Assembly (NCBI GenBank): GCA_016784425.1
Contig: JADHUQ010000003.1
Span: 1-37,372 of the forward strand
Direction of reading: 5' to 3'
From: Candidatus Delongbacteria bacterium
Lineage (GTDB): Bacteria; CAIWAD01; BS150m-G50
Length of the DNA: 37,372 nt
In this document: positions 18,795-28,284 of the stretch, piece after piece
Numbering within the stretch: the first letter of the stretch is position 1
How the letters are laid out: every line of letters starts with the position of its first letter
The notes under the pieces: generated by a model
What the model was told of the DNA's origin: nothing
What the model saw: the letters and a program-made list of their open reading frames with translations, nothing else
Database searches by the model: none
Translations under genes and position numbers: made by a program

Positions 18795-19547
18795 TCAGAT
18801 CTGGATACGACCCCGCGCTTTACCATACTGTACATTTGGCTCCTGCCAGGGGGGACGCATAAGACGATGGATTTGCAGCAGTGGCACGTCGTAGTCGGTT
18901 GGGGAGATCTCGGCGGCAACCTGCCGCTCGACAGTCATAAATAGAAAGGGAAGTCCTGACTTTGCAGCCAGTTGACTGGTAATCTCGTACCCCCCGGCGA
19001 GCACTGAAGCATCGGTTTCATCCATCAGATGTGCGTTTGCCGCCAGGGCTGTTATCCTCATCCCGGCAGCCTGCTCGATTTCTTTCATAACGCGTGACGC
19101 ACCCTGCACTGTGCTGGTAAAGGGGCGGAGAACATTGAGAATAAAGATGAACTCCGTCTCCTCCGTATTGATGGCACCCTGCAGGGAACGTAATACACGT
19201 GCACCGACATCGTCACCCCCGACATCTACCACCACATGACGCTGGGGATCACTGAGATGACCGCGCACTTCCGGCAGGATAATCGGCAGTTCCGCAAAAA
19301 ACTGCTCACCACGGGGAACGACCACTTCCACGCCGGCCGCTTCCAGAAATTCGACAGCTTCCCGGGAGCGAAAATAGGGATTGACGATATCCAGATCAAT
19401 TATTGATTGGGATTCGTGGAACTGTTTGAGGTAAACAGCAAGATTAACAGCAACTTCGGTTTTACCACTGCCATAGGCGCCGGTGATAATCAGCGCTCGT
19501 CTGGATAGATTTTTGATGATCGCATCATCAGGCATGTAACGGTCCAT
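18795..19547 (-). CDS. Uncharacterised P-loop NTPase (MinD/SIMIBI-like), first gene of the oxidoreductase operon
   Basis: Walker A GAYGSGKT, DLDIVNPYFRSRE, DVGGD. Confidence 0.8.
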   Translation of the reverse strand: MDRYMPDDAIIKNLSRRALIITGAYGSGKTEVAVNLAVYLKQFHESQSIIDLDIVNPYFRSREAVEFLEAAGVEVVVPRGEQFFAELPIILPEVRGHLSDPQRHVVVDVGGDDVGARVLRSLQGAINTEETEFIFILNVLRPFTSTVQGASRVMKEIEQAAGMRITALAANAHLMDETDASVLAGGYEITSQLAAKSGLPFLFMTVERQVAAEISPTDYDVPLLQIHRLMRPPWQEPNVQYGKARGRIQI

Positions 19548-19580
19548 CTCTGTAATTGTGCGGCTTTGATTACTACTTTT

Positions 19581-19623
19581 AAGCTAAGATTCAGCGCAAG
19601 CTAAGATTCAGCGTAAGCTAAGA
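19581..19623. repeat. Tandem repeat, 17-bp unit AAGCTAAGATTCAGCGY x about 2.5
   Basis: Units at 19581-19597 and 19598-19614, partial unit at 19615-19623. Confidence 0.9.
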
Positions 19624-20015
19624 GCAGTGATGCTTATACTTGTGCATTACAACAGGTCAGTCATGATGTCTGCCGGTTCCAGGGTAATAACATCGAGGTC
19701 GACAGCCCGGATTACAATCAGCTCATGGAACACCTGCCAGCCGGGGTAAAGGATCATTTTAGTAAACTGACGCACCGGGCTAAGCTGGCGGATGCGTTGC
19801 TATTACTGATGTAACTGAGTAGTAAATGTAGATTTAAGGAGGAAATACTCCAAGGAAAAAGTACTTTCTCCCCCTGTCTCCCCCCCGCAAAGAGGGTTTT
19901 TCGACCAACGGTTTGTGGTTTACAGGAGCTGAAAGTTTCAACAGTCCGCATGGACAGCTGGGGAAGAGGAAGTAATACTCTTCACAACTCAACACTCTAC
20001 CGCTTTTACACCTGA

Positions 20016-20876
20016 CTAATCCTCAATGACCCGTCCGTATCTGACTGCCAGCCACTCACCTTCCCTGTTGGAAGCCGTTTCACGGAGTGGAAACCGGGCG
20101 GCGAGTTGCTGCAACTGGAGACGGTCTGAAACGAGGGGACCACTGATCAGAAGTTCTCCACCAGGTTCAGTCAACCGGACCAGTTCGCTGAAGAGCTGCT
20201 CGATCAGGGGGAACAGCATGTTTGACAATACCATCTGAAAACGATAGTGCTGTTCAAGCTGGCCTGGTTGAAGGAGCCGGAAAAAGGTTTCATGAGCAAC
20301 CTGGTTGAGGAGGGCGTTCTCGCGGGCGTTGTCGATGGCAACTTCGTCAATGTCAATACCGAGGGCAAAGGGAGCGCCCCGTTTGATAGCCGCCAGCGAA
20401 AGGATGCCACTCCCGCAACCGACATCAAGCACATTGAGTCCGGTCAGATCGGCGGTATCCAGCCAGGATAACAGCAGACGGGTGGTCGGATGGGTTCCGG
20501 TACCAAAAGCCATACGGGGATGGATCGTCAGCGGTGTCACACCCGGCTGTGGTTCCGGTTTATTCCAGGGGGGATGAACAATGAAATTGCCGACGCGGGT
20601 AGGTTGCCAGCTTTCCTGCCAGCTGGTGTTCCAGTTGACTTCCGGAAGTCCCTCCCTGTGCAGTGAATAGTCAGTCCTGGTATTGTTGAGTCTGTCATAT
20701 TCTGCGTTATAGTTTGTTAGTATCTTTTCGTAAAGACTGCATTCCATCTCTGATTTAAAATATACCTTAAGTCCTCCGATAGTTTCTTCGATTCCCGTTG
20801 CCCCGTTTTCGAAAGCGAGGTTGGCGATATTGTCACGGGTGTCCTCACCTGTTTCTATGCTGAGGCAGAAGTACAT
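20016..20876 (-). CDS. prmA: Ribosomal protein L11 methyltransferase
   Basis: NWNTSW, HPPW, MAFGTGTHPTT, LDVGCGSGILS, DIDEVA. Start set at MYFCL after a GGAG SD. Confidence 0.93.
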   Translation of the reverse strand: MYFCLSIETGEDTRDNIANLAFENGATGIEETIGGLKVYFKSEMECSLYEKILTNYNAEYDRLNNTRTDYSLHREGLPEVNWNTSWQESWQPTRVGNFIVHPPWNKPEPQPGVTPLTIHPRMAFGTGTHPTTRLLLSWLDTADLTGLNVLDVGCGSGILSLAAIKRGAPFALGIDIDEVAIDNARENALLNQVAHETFFRLLQPGQLEQHYRFQMVLSNMLFPLIEQLFSELVRLTEPGGELLISGPLVSDRLQLQQLAARFPLRETASNREGEWLAVRYGRVIED

Positions 20877-20968
20877 CGAGGCGACTCCGTTGAGAAACCC
20901 AGGTAGAATAGAGCATTCCGGGATGGCCAGGGGTGCAGTCATCGCCAAAGTCGCCTGCAGACAAGGGA

Positions 20969-23900
20969 TTACCGGCCAACAATGTTGGTGTTGACATTCA
21001 GACGCAGCTCCTGAAAACTGACTCTTCCGGATGGATCGCGGTTATCAAGACGCTGCCCGAACTCATACTGGATACCACCGGTAACATTGGGGGTGAAACT
21101 GTAGCGCGTTTCCAGTCTGACCGTCCAGTTTCGATTGAAATTCTCACTCGACCATTCATCCACGCCGTTGAAGGAGCTGCGGTTTGAAGTATTGGAGCGG
21201 GTGTAGGTCATCGTGAAATTGACATCATTGCGCAGTGAACCTGTTTTCATAAACCAGAGTTTGAATGGCAGTTTTGTCCCTCTACCGAGTCGGTAGGTGG
21301 TCGCGATGCTCAGATCTCTCGTATTGCTGTACTCGGCATCACGCATTTCACCAGGTTCTGAGATACCGAATGACATACGCTGATTGTAGGAGGCAGTTGT
21401 CGAGAAGCGACCGATCCAGGTGATGTTGAGTCCAACCAGGGGATTGAAGTTACGTTCGTATTCGAGTCGATTCAGACCAAGATAATCACCGAAGTCCCGG
21501 AAGGTTCTCCGGACCATGCCGGAGTAGTGATGCGACAGGTTGATCGACTGGCAGATATTCGAAACCCAGGGAAGGGATTCGAGATGGTTCCAGCGCAGTT
21601 GATAATCAGGGATTCTCACCAGTGGAATCTCATTATCAGTACCGACATTTTCTTTTAACAAATATAGCGGCAAACCGGTCCAGCTCTCCTGTCGGCTCTC
21701 GGTTTCTCCCCAACCACGCTGGATATCGATGTCGTATTGAAAATCGAGGTCGATATCACGAGTCACTTTCATCTGGGTGGTGACTCCGTAACCGCGGGTG
21801 ATGGAGGAGGTAGGATTAAAAATATACCCAGACTCAGAATTGAGCTGTTCTCTACCGGAGCCTGGATTTGATTCCAGTCCTAATTGATACGCCAGAGAAG
21901 CGTGTCGGCTGCCTGATCCGATCCCTTTGTCGTAGATGTCGTAACCGGGATCAGATTGGGTTCTGGTCAAGGTGGAGGTCAACCGGATATCCCCCAGTTT
22001 GCTGAGTACTGAATAGGTGCCCTGACGCGCGCTCCGGAAAGCACTGTCCAGTCGTTCACCCAGCGGGACCCCGGGTGTTTCAATCACCTCGGCCACAGAG
22101 GCTGAATCTGCTGCCTCCCCTTCACTACCCCTTGAACCACCACCCGCCTGGGAGCGCTCGTCCTGCGCCGGTGGCCGATTGTTGCGTCGGCTGCTGCCGG
22201 AACGGCCAGCTTTCGGCACCTGCAGCAACCAGGCGAAGATATCCTGTGGCTTCAGGGTACCATTGCCGGTAAGTGTGTTCTGGCTTCCCAGATCAACACC
22301 TTTTCGTGGATCGGCCAGGGTGCGATTCCAGGAATACTGCGTACTGTAATTGAAATCGGGGCGCAACCAGTTCAGGAACGAGGGTTGAAACTTCAGATTG
22401 GCGCTCTGCTGAATACTGCGGTCCTGAGCGAAGAGGTCGGTGGCTGCATCCTCATAGTGGTAGGTGGTGCTGTCCGTTGTATCGTACAGGTCACGCAGCC
22501 TGAAATAGAGATCGGACTGATAAGAACGATTGTAGGATAATGAGAATGACCGGAATGGTGACAGGGAATATTCAAAACGCCTGGACATGGTATAGGTGTG
22601 GTTTTCACTGGTGGTATTGTTGCGGTTATATCTCATATTCTCCGTCCAGGAGGTACTGGCACTGACACCTAGACGGGTCGGGAAATAACGGAAATTGATG
22701 TTCCGTAAACCACCCAGTAGCGGCATGCCCTCCGTCCAATTGAAAAGCGGCAACTCGTGCCTCCAGTTCGGTGAATTGCTGTAGGAGGTGCTGATCTGCT
22801 CACTGCGGGTGGTATCGGCGGCAATCTGATCGTTGCTGACATAGGTCTGTGAGACATCATATGATACAGACAGCTTATCGAGAGTATGGCTCAGCCAGGG
22901 ATTCTCCGATCCGGTCTTGCTGAAACTGATACTGCCATTGAGGGTGTGACGCCGATTGAGTATCTCTTCAGGTGGGTTATCCGGAACCAGCCGATCATCA
23001 CCGGGGAAGTACTTGGGGGAAGAAACCGATCTGTTACTGCTGAGGGACAGCGGGATGTTGGTACGCCAGGGTCGGGGCAGGAATTTATCAAGGTGGATCG
23101 TGCTGTTGGCCACCTCTGAGGTAGTGTTGTCGCCGGTTCCCATCCTCTGTTCGATAGTATGGAACTCAGAGTCCCGTTTTTCCAGCCGCCCGTAAAGGGT
23201 CATGAAATCGGATAGCCGCAGATTAACCGCCACCCGCTGGGCCTGTCCCACTTCCCGCTTTACATCGGATACCCGCAACTCATTGAAATAGACTGCTTCA
23301 CTGTTAGCCACAGCGTCATGGTTGGTTACACCGAGATAGAGAAAACTGACATCATTCAGTGATGGATTGCCCTTCACCAGCACATAACCGCCATCCGATA
23401 TCTGCTTCGGTTTTTCCGGATCCGGTTGATCCTTGGAGGAGCGACTGAACTCCTCCAGATCGGTAATCTCCTCGAAGATAATGTCCATGTTGTTCAGCTG
23501 CCAGCCGGCAGTCAGATAGCGGTGATATTCGTAGTAATCCTGTTCGGTGGATGCGAGCCGCAAACGGATCTCCAGGACGGAATCAGGGAAAACCTGCTCC
23601 CGTAATTCACTGCCCCCCCGGATAAACATTTTCAAACGGTTGTAATCGGTCAGCCGGACCCGATCATTGAGAATCTTGTAGATCCAGAAAGTGGAGTCGG
23701 CAGGCAGTTCATCCAATTGCATAACCAGTGACTGCTCCTTCTGGTAAGCACCGGTGATGGCGTCCCGGTGGCCCTGAACACCCGCTGGCGGCTCATAGTC
23801 GCTGTTTTCATGCGTATTGATGACAGCGACATTACCGTAGGCCAGGGTATCACCACTGGCTGTAACCGGGTAGATTTCACGCCATTCATTTCCGACCAGC

Positions 23901-26900
23901 ATAAAACTGGCCAGCTGCAGAGAGGTGGACTGATGGAATCCCTCAAACCAGATGCGAACCCCGCGAATGTTCTGAAACGTGGGATTGTTCCAGGCGATTT
24001 CGTACTCCTTCAACGGGATGCGATACAGGGTCCAGCCATAGGAATTCTGTGAGACCTGGTAACGTGACCAGGGGGAAGCGGGATCGGTGGAAAGGGTGTA
24101 GCTGTAATAGTTTTCGATTGTGTCCAGAACACCGTTGTTGTTACGATCTTCGGTGTCGGGCAGGTAGGTTGCAGCATCGGCACCGTTGTTCTCCAGCCCT
24201 TTGAACCACTGTCCGTTACTCTCATCGCGGTACTGCCAGTCATCACGCGACCACGGCTCCAACGCTTCCTTGCGGTTATTGCCATTGATGTCCCAGAAGT
24301 CATAAAAGGAACCAAACTCCGCCACCATGGCGGTTGAATCACCCGACCAATGGGCCATGGCGGCGGTACCGGGCCAGGGGGGATCCTCACCCGCGCGACC
24401 ATCGATACCGATATCCTCCCCCTCATCCAGCAGACCGTTGCCGACATTTACCAGCGCCGGCTCAATCCGATCCTCGGTATCCAGCTGGCCGTTGGGGATG
24501 ACATCCTCAGAGATCTCACCCAGCTCGATGTGGATCAGTCCACTGCGATCACCTGAAGATCGAACCATCAACTCAATATACTTGGTGTTGCTCTGGTCAG
24601 GATTTGCACCGCGGAAATCATGATAGAAACCGCCCCAGCTACCCCCTTCCGGGATTTCCTGTCCCTGCTCACCGGTTTCATAGAGGAGAGGATAAAAGTC
24701 CATCTGCAATATCTGCAGGTCATCGTTCTGCAGATTTCCGGAATCATACTCCTCCCAGATCTCCTGCTTGGGAACCCGTTGCCGGGGGCTGTAAGCGGTC
24801 GCAATCCCGCGATCTCCGGTCAGAGTGTGGGCGGGGCTGGAAGAGATGAACCAGGCGCCGGATCGCATACCGAGATCCTGTTCCCGCTTTATCGACTCGA
24901 AGTCGTCAAGATAGGCGACGCCGTTGTTGTCACCCGTTGCTGGATTGTTGAGGGGGTTGGGGTTGGGAATAACCCGGGCGATCTCCCCTTCAATACTGAT
25001 CTCAGATTCCTGCTCCGCCTCTACCAGCGGTATGGAATCGATCATCCGGGTGAGAAAGCGGGGATGAAACTCCAGTGCACCGTTGAGGTCCAGCACCAGG
25101 TTGCGCATCGGTTCGTTCCCGATTCTGACCTTGTCCTCCTGGATCTGCTGATTGAGATACAGGACAGTCGCCCCCAGGTAGGATGCCTCATCAAAGTTGT
25201 ACTGCCCGCGGACACCCATGATGGTCTTCTTTTCGATGGAGATCATTTCATGATTCTGGTAGGTGATCTCCAGGCTGGCGCCGGGATTATCAGCTTCACT
25301 GGTCAGGATGGTGACGATACCGGCCACGTAGTCGATCGTATAGTCTTTGTCCCGCTGCAGTTTCTGACCGTTGAGTTTAACCGTCTCAGATCCCTCGATA
25401 ACATTCCAGCCCAGGTCGTATACCTTACTCAGTGTCAGGACGCTGGTCTCCATGTAGAAACGCTGGCTCAGGCGCTGGAAGTCGTTGTGGGTGGTTGGGA
25501 TGTTGTAGATCGTCTCCAGCGTATCAGCCTCGTTAAAATTGGTCTGCAGAGTGCTGTCCGCCACGATGACATAGGCGTCCTGCTGGCCAAACGGTTCCAG
25601 TGAGGGAAAGGAGATTATCCCCGTGTTGGTATCAATCCAGCGAGAATCGATTTTGTTGTCCGGTGACTGCTGACCGGAGGTGTTTTCATTATCGAGATGC
25701 AGAATTTCGATATAGGGAACACCACCCTGGTGATCTGGATCGGAACTGCCGGTAGTGTATCTGCGAATGGCAAAATTCAGGTCGTCGATACTCTTGCCAG
25801 CGGTGGCCACCTGATACTTGTTACGCAGCATCAGATCCCAGTGAGGCGTGGCGGGATCCTGGTGTGAGTCGCGGAGAATATAGACTGCATTATCCCCGTA
25901 GAGAGCAGGTGAGGGGAATTCCACACCCAGTTTGTTCTTGAAGGAAACTGCCAGGATATCGTTGGGTCGGAGATAACTGTTGATGAGGATATACCCGAGA
26001 TCATCATTGCGCTGGTATTCGCTGTCACTCAGGCGGCGCATCGGCTGATTGGTATAGATCGGTGTGTCCTCACCCTCTTCATAGATATCCAGGTTCTCAT
26101 CACCGCTGGCTGAAGAGATGTACATTTCGACAAAGTCAACCCTACTGTTTGCATTCACCAGGTGTTCCCAGCGATCAGTGTAGACAGGATAGGCAATGCG
26201 ATAGGAATGGCTGAGAAAGAAGTAACGATCGGAGATGAACTGCGTGGGGAAAATCTGCGACTTCTGTTCCGATTGTCCACCGGTGAATGTCTGCGACTGG
26301 TTTTCTCCATGCTCGACACTCATGATGGCGGTCATATTGAGTGGACCGAATTGCATGACGGTTTTCAATCCGAACAGCCCGGAATTACGACCGGAGAAGG
26401 TGACAAAATCGGCACCCGGGAGTGAGAGGCTGACATTACCGGCGGAGATCGATTTGATAATCTCATCTTCGGTTCCGGTATAGGTCAAACGCAGTGAGTT
26501 TTGCCAATCGAAAGTATTATCGGTGTCCTGATCAATGTTGATATCAACTTTCTGGCCAATTTTCCCGACAATGGTGAACCGCTGCTGCATGTCCATATTG
26601 AAATTAGTGTTGTTCGCCTGGTTGGTATAGGAATCCTGTCGCTCCCGTTTTTCCTTACGAAAGCCACCGTTGATATTGATATTCCCGGTTGCATCCAGAC
26701 CGATGCGACCGTCCCCGAAAAACTTGCGGAAGGTCTTGTTACGGACTTTAAAGGGGATGTCGATCTTCAGGGCGCCACCGGCACGTTGCTGGACCTGGTT
26801 CTTGGTACGCAGCATCTCATGACGCAACTGCTGAACCGCATGATGCAGCAGCATCCGTTCATAGTAAGCTTCAGTAGTGAGAAAAATGACATACTGGAAG

Positions 26901-27220
26901 GTGCTGTCCTTATCGAGATACTCCAACCGGACCAGGGTATCACTCATGACAGTTCGAATAATCAACTGGACCGGCTCTGTAGCAGTCAGACGGGGTTGAA
27001 AACCGGCGCTTTGCCAGCTGGCAGCCAGAAAAGGGGTTTCCGCGGAGGGATAGGTAGCGTCATGGTAGATATATTCTTTTGCTTTAACTGCAAGACTCAG
27101 CGATGACAAAAACAGTCCCGGGAGCAGGAGAAGCCAGAGCAATAAAGGATGACGACGAAGGCACTTCCGGAAGTGTCGCCTGCAGACAGGTTCTGGTATT
27201 GGTAATTGTGTTGCTCGCAT
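20969..27220 (-). CDS. sprA: SprA/Sov-family large outer-membrane translocon (type IX secretion)
   Basis: About 2080 aa with signal peptide. NFNMDMQQ..IVGKIGQKV, LTYTGTEDEIIKSISAGNVSLSLP, LFGLKT, EGSETVKLNG, DYTIDY, YLDDFE, TEDRNNNG, YFNELR and a beta-strand-rich C-terminus are typical of SprA. Start uncertain (ORF track 27295 overlaps rnz). Confidence 0.88.
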   Translation of the reverse strand: MRATQLPIPEPVCRRHFRKCLRRHPLLLWLLLLPGLFLSSLSLAVKAKEYIYHDATYPSAETPFLAASWQSAGFQPRLTATEPVQLIIRTVMSDTLVRLEYLDKDSTFQYVIFLTTEAYYERMLLHHAVQQLRHEMLRTKNQVQQRAGGALKIDIPFKVRNKTFRKFFGDGRIGLDATGNININGGFRKEKRERQDSYTNQANNTNFNMDMQQRFTIVGKIGQKVDINIDQDTDNTFDWQNSLRLTYTGTEDEIIKSISAGNVSLSLPGADFVTFSGRNSGLFGLKTVMQFGPLNMTAIMSVEHGENQSQTFTGGQSEQKSQIFPTQFISDRYFFLSHSYRIAYPVYTDRWEHLVNANSRVDFVEMYISSASGDENLDIYEEGEDTPIYTNQPMRRLSDSEYQRNDDLGYILINSYLRPNDILAVSFKNKLGVEFPSPALYGDNAVYILRDSHQDPATPHWDLMLRNKYQVATAGKSIDDLNFAIRRYTTGSSDPDHQGGVPYIEILHLDNENTSGQQSPDNKIDSRWIDTNTGIISFPSLEPFGQQDAYVIVADSTLQTNFNEADTLETIYNIPTTHNDFQRLSQRFYMETSVLTLSKVYDLGWNVIEGSETVKLNGQKLQRDKDYTIDYVAGIVTILTSEADNPGASLEITYQNHEMISIEKKTIMGVRGQYNFDEASYLGATVLYLNQQIQEDKVRIGNEPMRNLVLDLNGALEFHPRFLTRMIDSIPLVEAEQESEISIEGEIARVIPNPNPLNNPATGDNNGVAYLDDFESIKREQDLGMRSGAWFISSSPAHTLTGDRGIATAYSPRQRVPKQEIWEEYDSGNLQNDDLQILQMDFYPLLYETGEQGQEIPEGGSWGGFYHDFRGANPDQSNTKYIELMVRSSGDRSGLIHIELGEISEDVIPNGQLDTEDRIEPALVNVGNGLLDEGEDIGIDGRAGEDPPWPGTAAMAHWSGDSTAMVAEFGSFYDFWDINGNNRKEALEPWSRDDWQYRDESNGQWFKGLENNGADAATYLPDTEDRNNNGVLDTIENYYSYTLSTDPASPWSRYQVSQNSYGWTLYRIPLKEYEIAWNNPTFQNIRGVRIWFEGFHQSTSLQLASFMLVGNEWREIYPVTASGDTLAYGNVAVINTHENSDYEPPAGVQGHRDAITGAYQKEQSLVMQLDELPADSTFWIYKILNDRVRLTDYNRLKMFIRGGSELREQVFPDSVLEIRLRLASTEQDYYEYHRYLTAGWQLNNMDIIFEEITDLEEFSRSSKDQPDPEKPKQISDGGYVLVKGNPSLNDVSFLYLGVTNHDAVANSEAVYFNELRVSDVKREVGQAQRVAVNLRLSDFMTLYGRLEKRDSEFHTIEQRMGTGDNTTSEVANSTIHLDKFLPRPWRTNIPLSLSSNRSVSSPKYFPGDDRLVPDNPPEEILNRRHTLNGSISFSKTGSENPWLSHTLDKLSVSYDVSQTYVSNDQIAADTTRSEQISTSYSNSPNWRHELPLFNWTEGMPLLGGLRNINFRYFPTRLGVSASTSWTENMRYNRNNTTSENHTYTMSRRFEYSLSPFRSFSLSYNRSYQSDLYFRLRDLYDTTDSTTYHYEDAATDLFAQDRSIQQSANLKFQPSFLNWLRPDFNYSTQYSWNRTLADPRKGVDLGSQNTLTGNGTLKPQDIFAWLLQVPKAGRSGSSRRNNRPPAQDERSQAGGGSRGSEGEAADSASVAEVIETPGVPLGERLDSAFRSARQGTYSVLSKLGDIRLTSTLTRTQSDPGYDIYDKGIGSGSRHASLAYQLGLESNPGSGREQLNSESGYIFNPTSSITRGYGVTTQMKVTRDIDLDFQYDIDIQRGWGETESRQESWTGLPLYLLKENVGTDNEIPLVRIPDYQLRWNHLESLPWVSNICQSINLSHHYSGMVRRTFRDFGDYLGLNRLEYERNFNPLVGLNITWIGRFSTTASYNQRMSFGISEPGEMRDAEYSNTRDLSIATTYRLGRGTKLPFKLWFMKTGSLRNDVNFTMTYTRSNTSNRSSFNGVDEWSSENFNRNWTVRLETRYSFTPNVTGGIQYEFGQRLDNRDPSGRVSFQELRLNVNTNIVGR

Positions 27221-27267
27221 ATGAACTAGAGCTGTGCAGCGGAAGTCGGCGATACCTGCTCTGGTAT

Positions 27268-28284
27268 TTATTGCTCCGGTTTCCTCATCGCACACATATC
27301 CTTCTCGTTCTTTCTGGATGGTCTGCTGCTGTTGCGGGCACGATAAATGATCTCCGGACGCCCGCTGGCAGGTATCACGACACGCATCAGGTCCGCGGCA
27401 AGAACTGCCCCGGGAAGTTCCTGTTCAAGCTGCTCCTGGATTACATTACCTCGATTCAGGTAACGGGAGCTGACATGTGTGAGTATCAGATCTCTTACGC
27501 CAGCCTCCCTGGCAACCTGAACGGCGTCACTCACAGTTGAGTGCTGGGTTCGACGGGCGTTCTTGCGGTCGTCATTGTCATATGTACTTTCATGGATCAG
27601 AATATCAGCCTTGCGGGCAAGATCGACTGAGGCTGTTGTGTAAGTTGAGTCGGTAATGTAGACGATTTTCCGACCTGGCAGTGGCGGCGTGACCAGATCA
27701 CCGCTGCTGATAATCCTGCCATCCTTAAGGGTGATATCCCTGCCCTCTTTCAGCAGACGACGCTCCGGTCCCTCCGGAATACCTAACTCGGCTGCCAGCG
27801 CTGCGTTGAGTCGCCCGGGACGCAATTTCTCGACCAGCGAATATGCCAGTGTGTAAATGCGGTGTCGCACCCGCACTGCCTCCAGCCAGTACTCCGTAGT
27901 TTCAAGAATTGTCTGCGGTTCTTTGCCAATCGTCAGTTCATGAATTTTCAGGGGGTAATTAAAATCGGTTTCAGATATCCGTTTCATGAAACGTACATAT
28001 TCGGCGATTCCGGGCGGACCAAAAATCTGAAGCGGTTCTTCCCGTTTGTTCAGTTGGAATGAGGTCAGCAAACCGATCAATCCGTAGAAGTGATCGCCGT
28101 GCAGGTGGGTGATGAGAATCTTCCTGATTCGTGACCGCTTCAAGGGACTGCGTATAATCTGATGTTGCGTCCCCTCACCGCAATCAAAGAGCAGGACTTC
28201 TCTCTCCCTCTTGCAGGCGAGGGCGGCCACGTTTCGCTCAAAAGTCGGGGTCGCCGAGCCGGTCCCCAGGAAGACTAATTCCAT
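27268..28284 (-). CDS. rnz: Ribonuclease Z
   Basis: FLGTGSATP, FDCGEGTQ, THLHGDH, exosite GIPEGP, HEST, HST, THVSSRY. Confidence 0.95.
   Translation of the reverse strand: MELVFLGTGSATPTFERNVAALACKREREVLLFDCGEGTQHQIIRSPLKRSRIRKILITHLHGDHFYGLIGLLTSFQLNKREEPLQIFGPPGIAEYVRFMKRISETDFNYPLKIHELTIGKEPQTILETTEYWLEAVRVRHRIYTLAYSLVEKLRPGRLNAALAAELGIPEGPERRLLKEGRDITLKDGRIISSGDLVTPPLPGRKIVYITDSTYTTASVDLARKADILIHESTYDNDDRKNARRTQHSTVSDAVQVAREAGVRDLILTHVSSRYLNRGNVIQEQLEQELPGAVLAADLMRVVIPASGRPEIIYRARNSSRPSRKNEKDMCAMRKPEQ

Noticed and set aside
19581-19623. Possible CRISPR array
   Set aside because: Repeats are contiguous with no spacers, only 17 bp long, and there are no cas genes.
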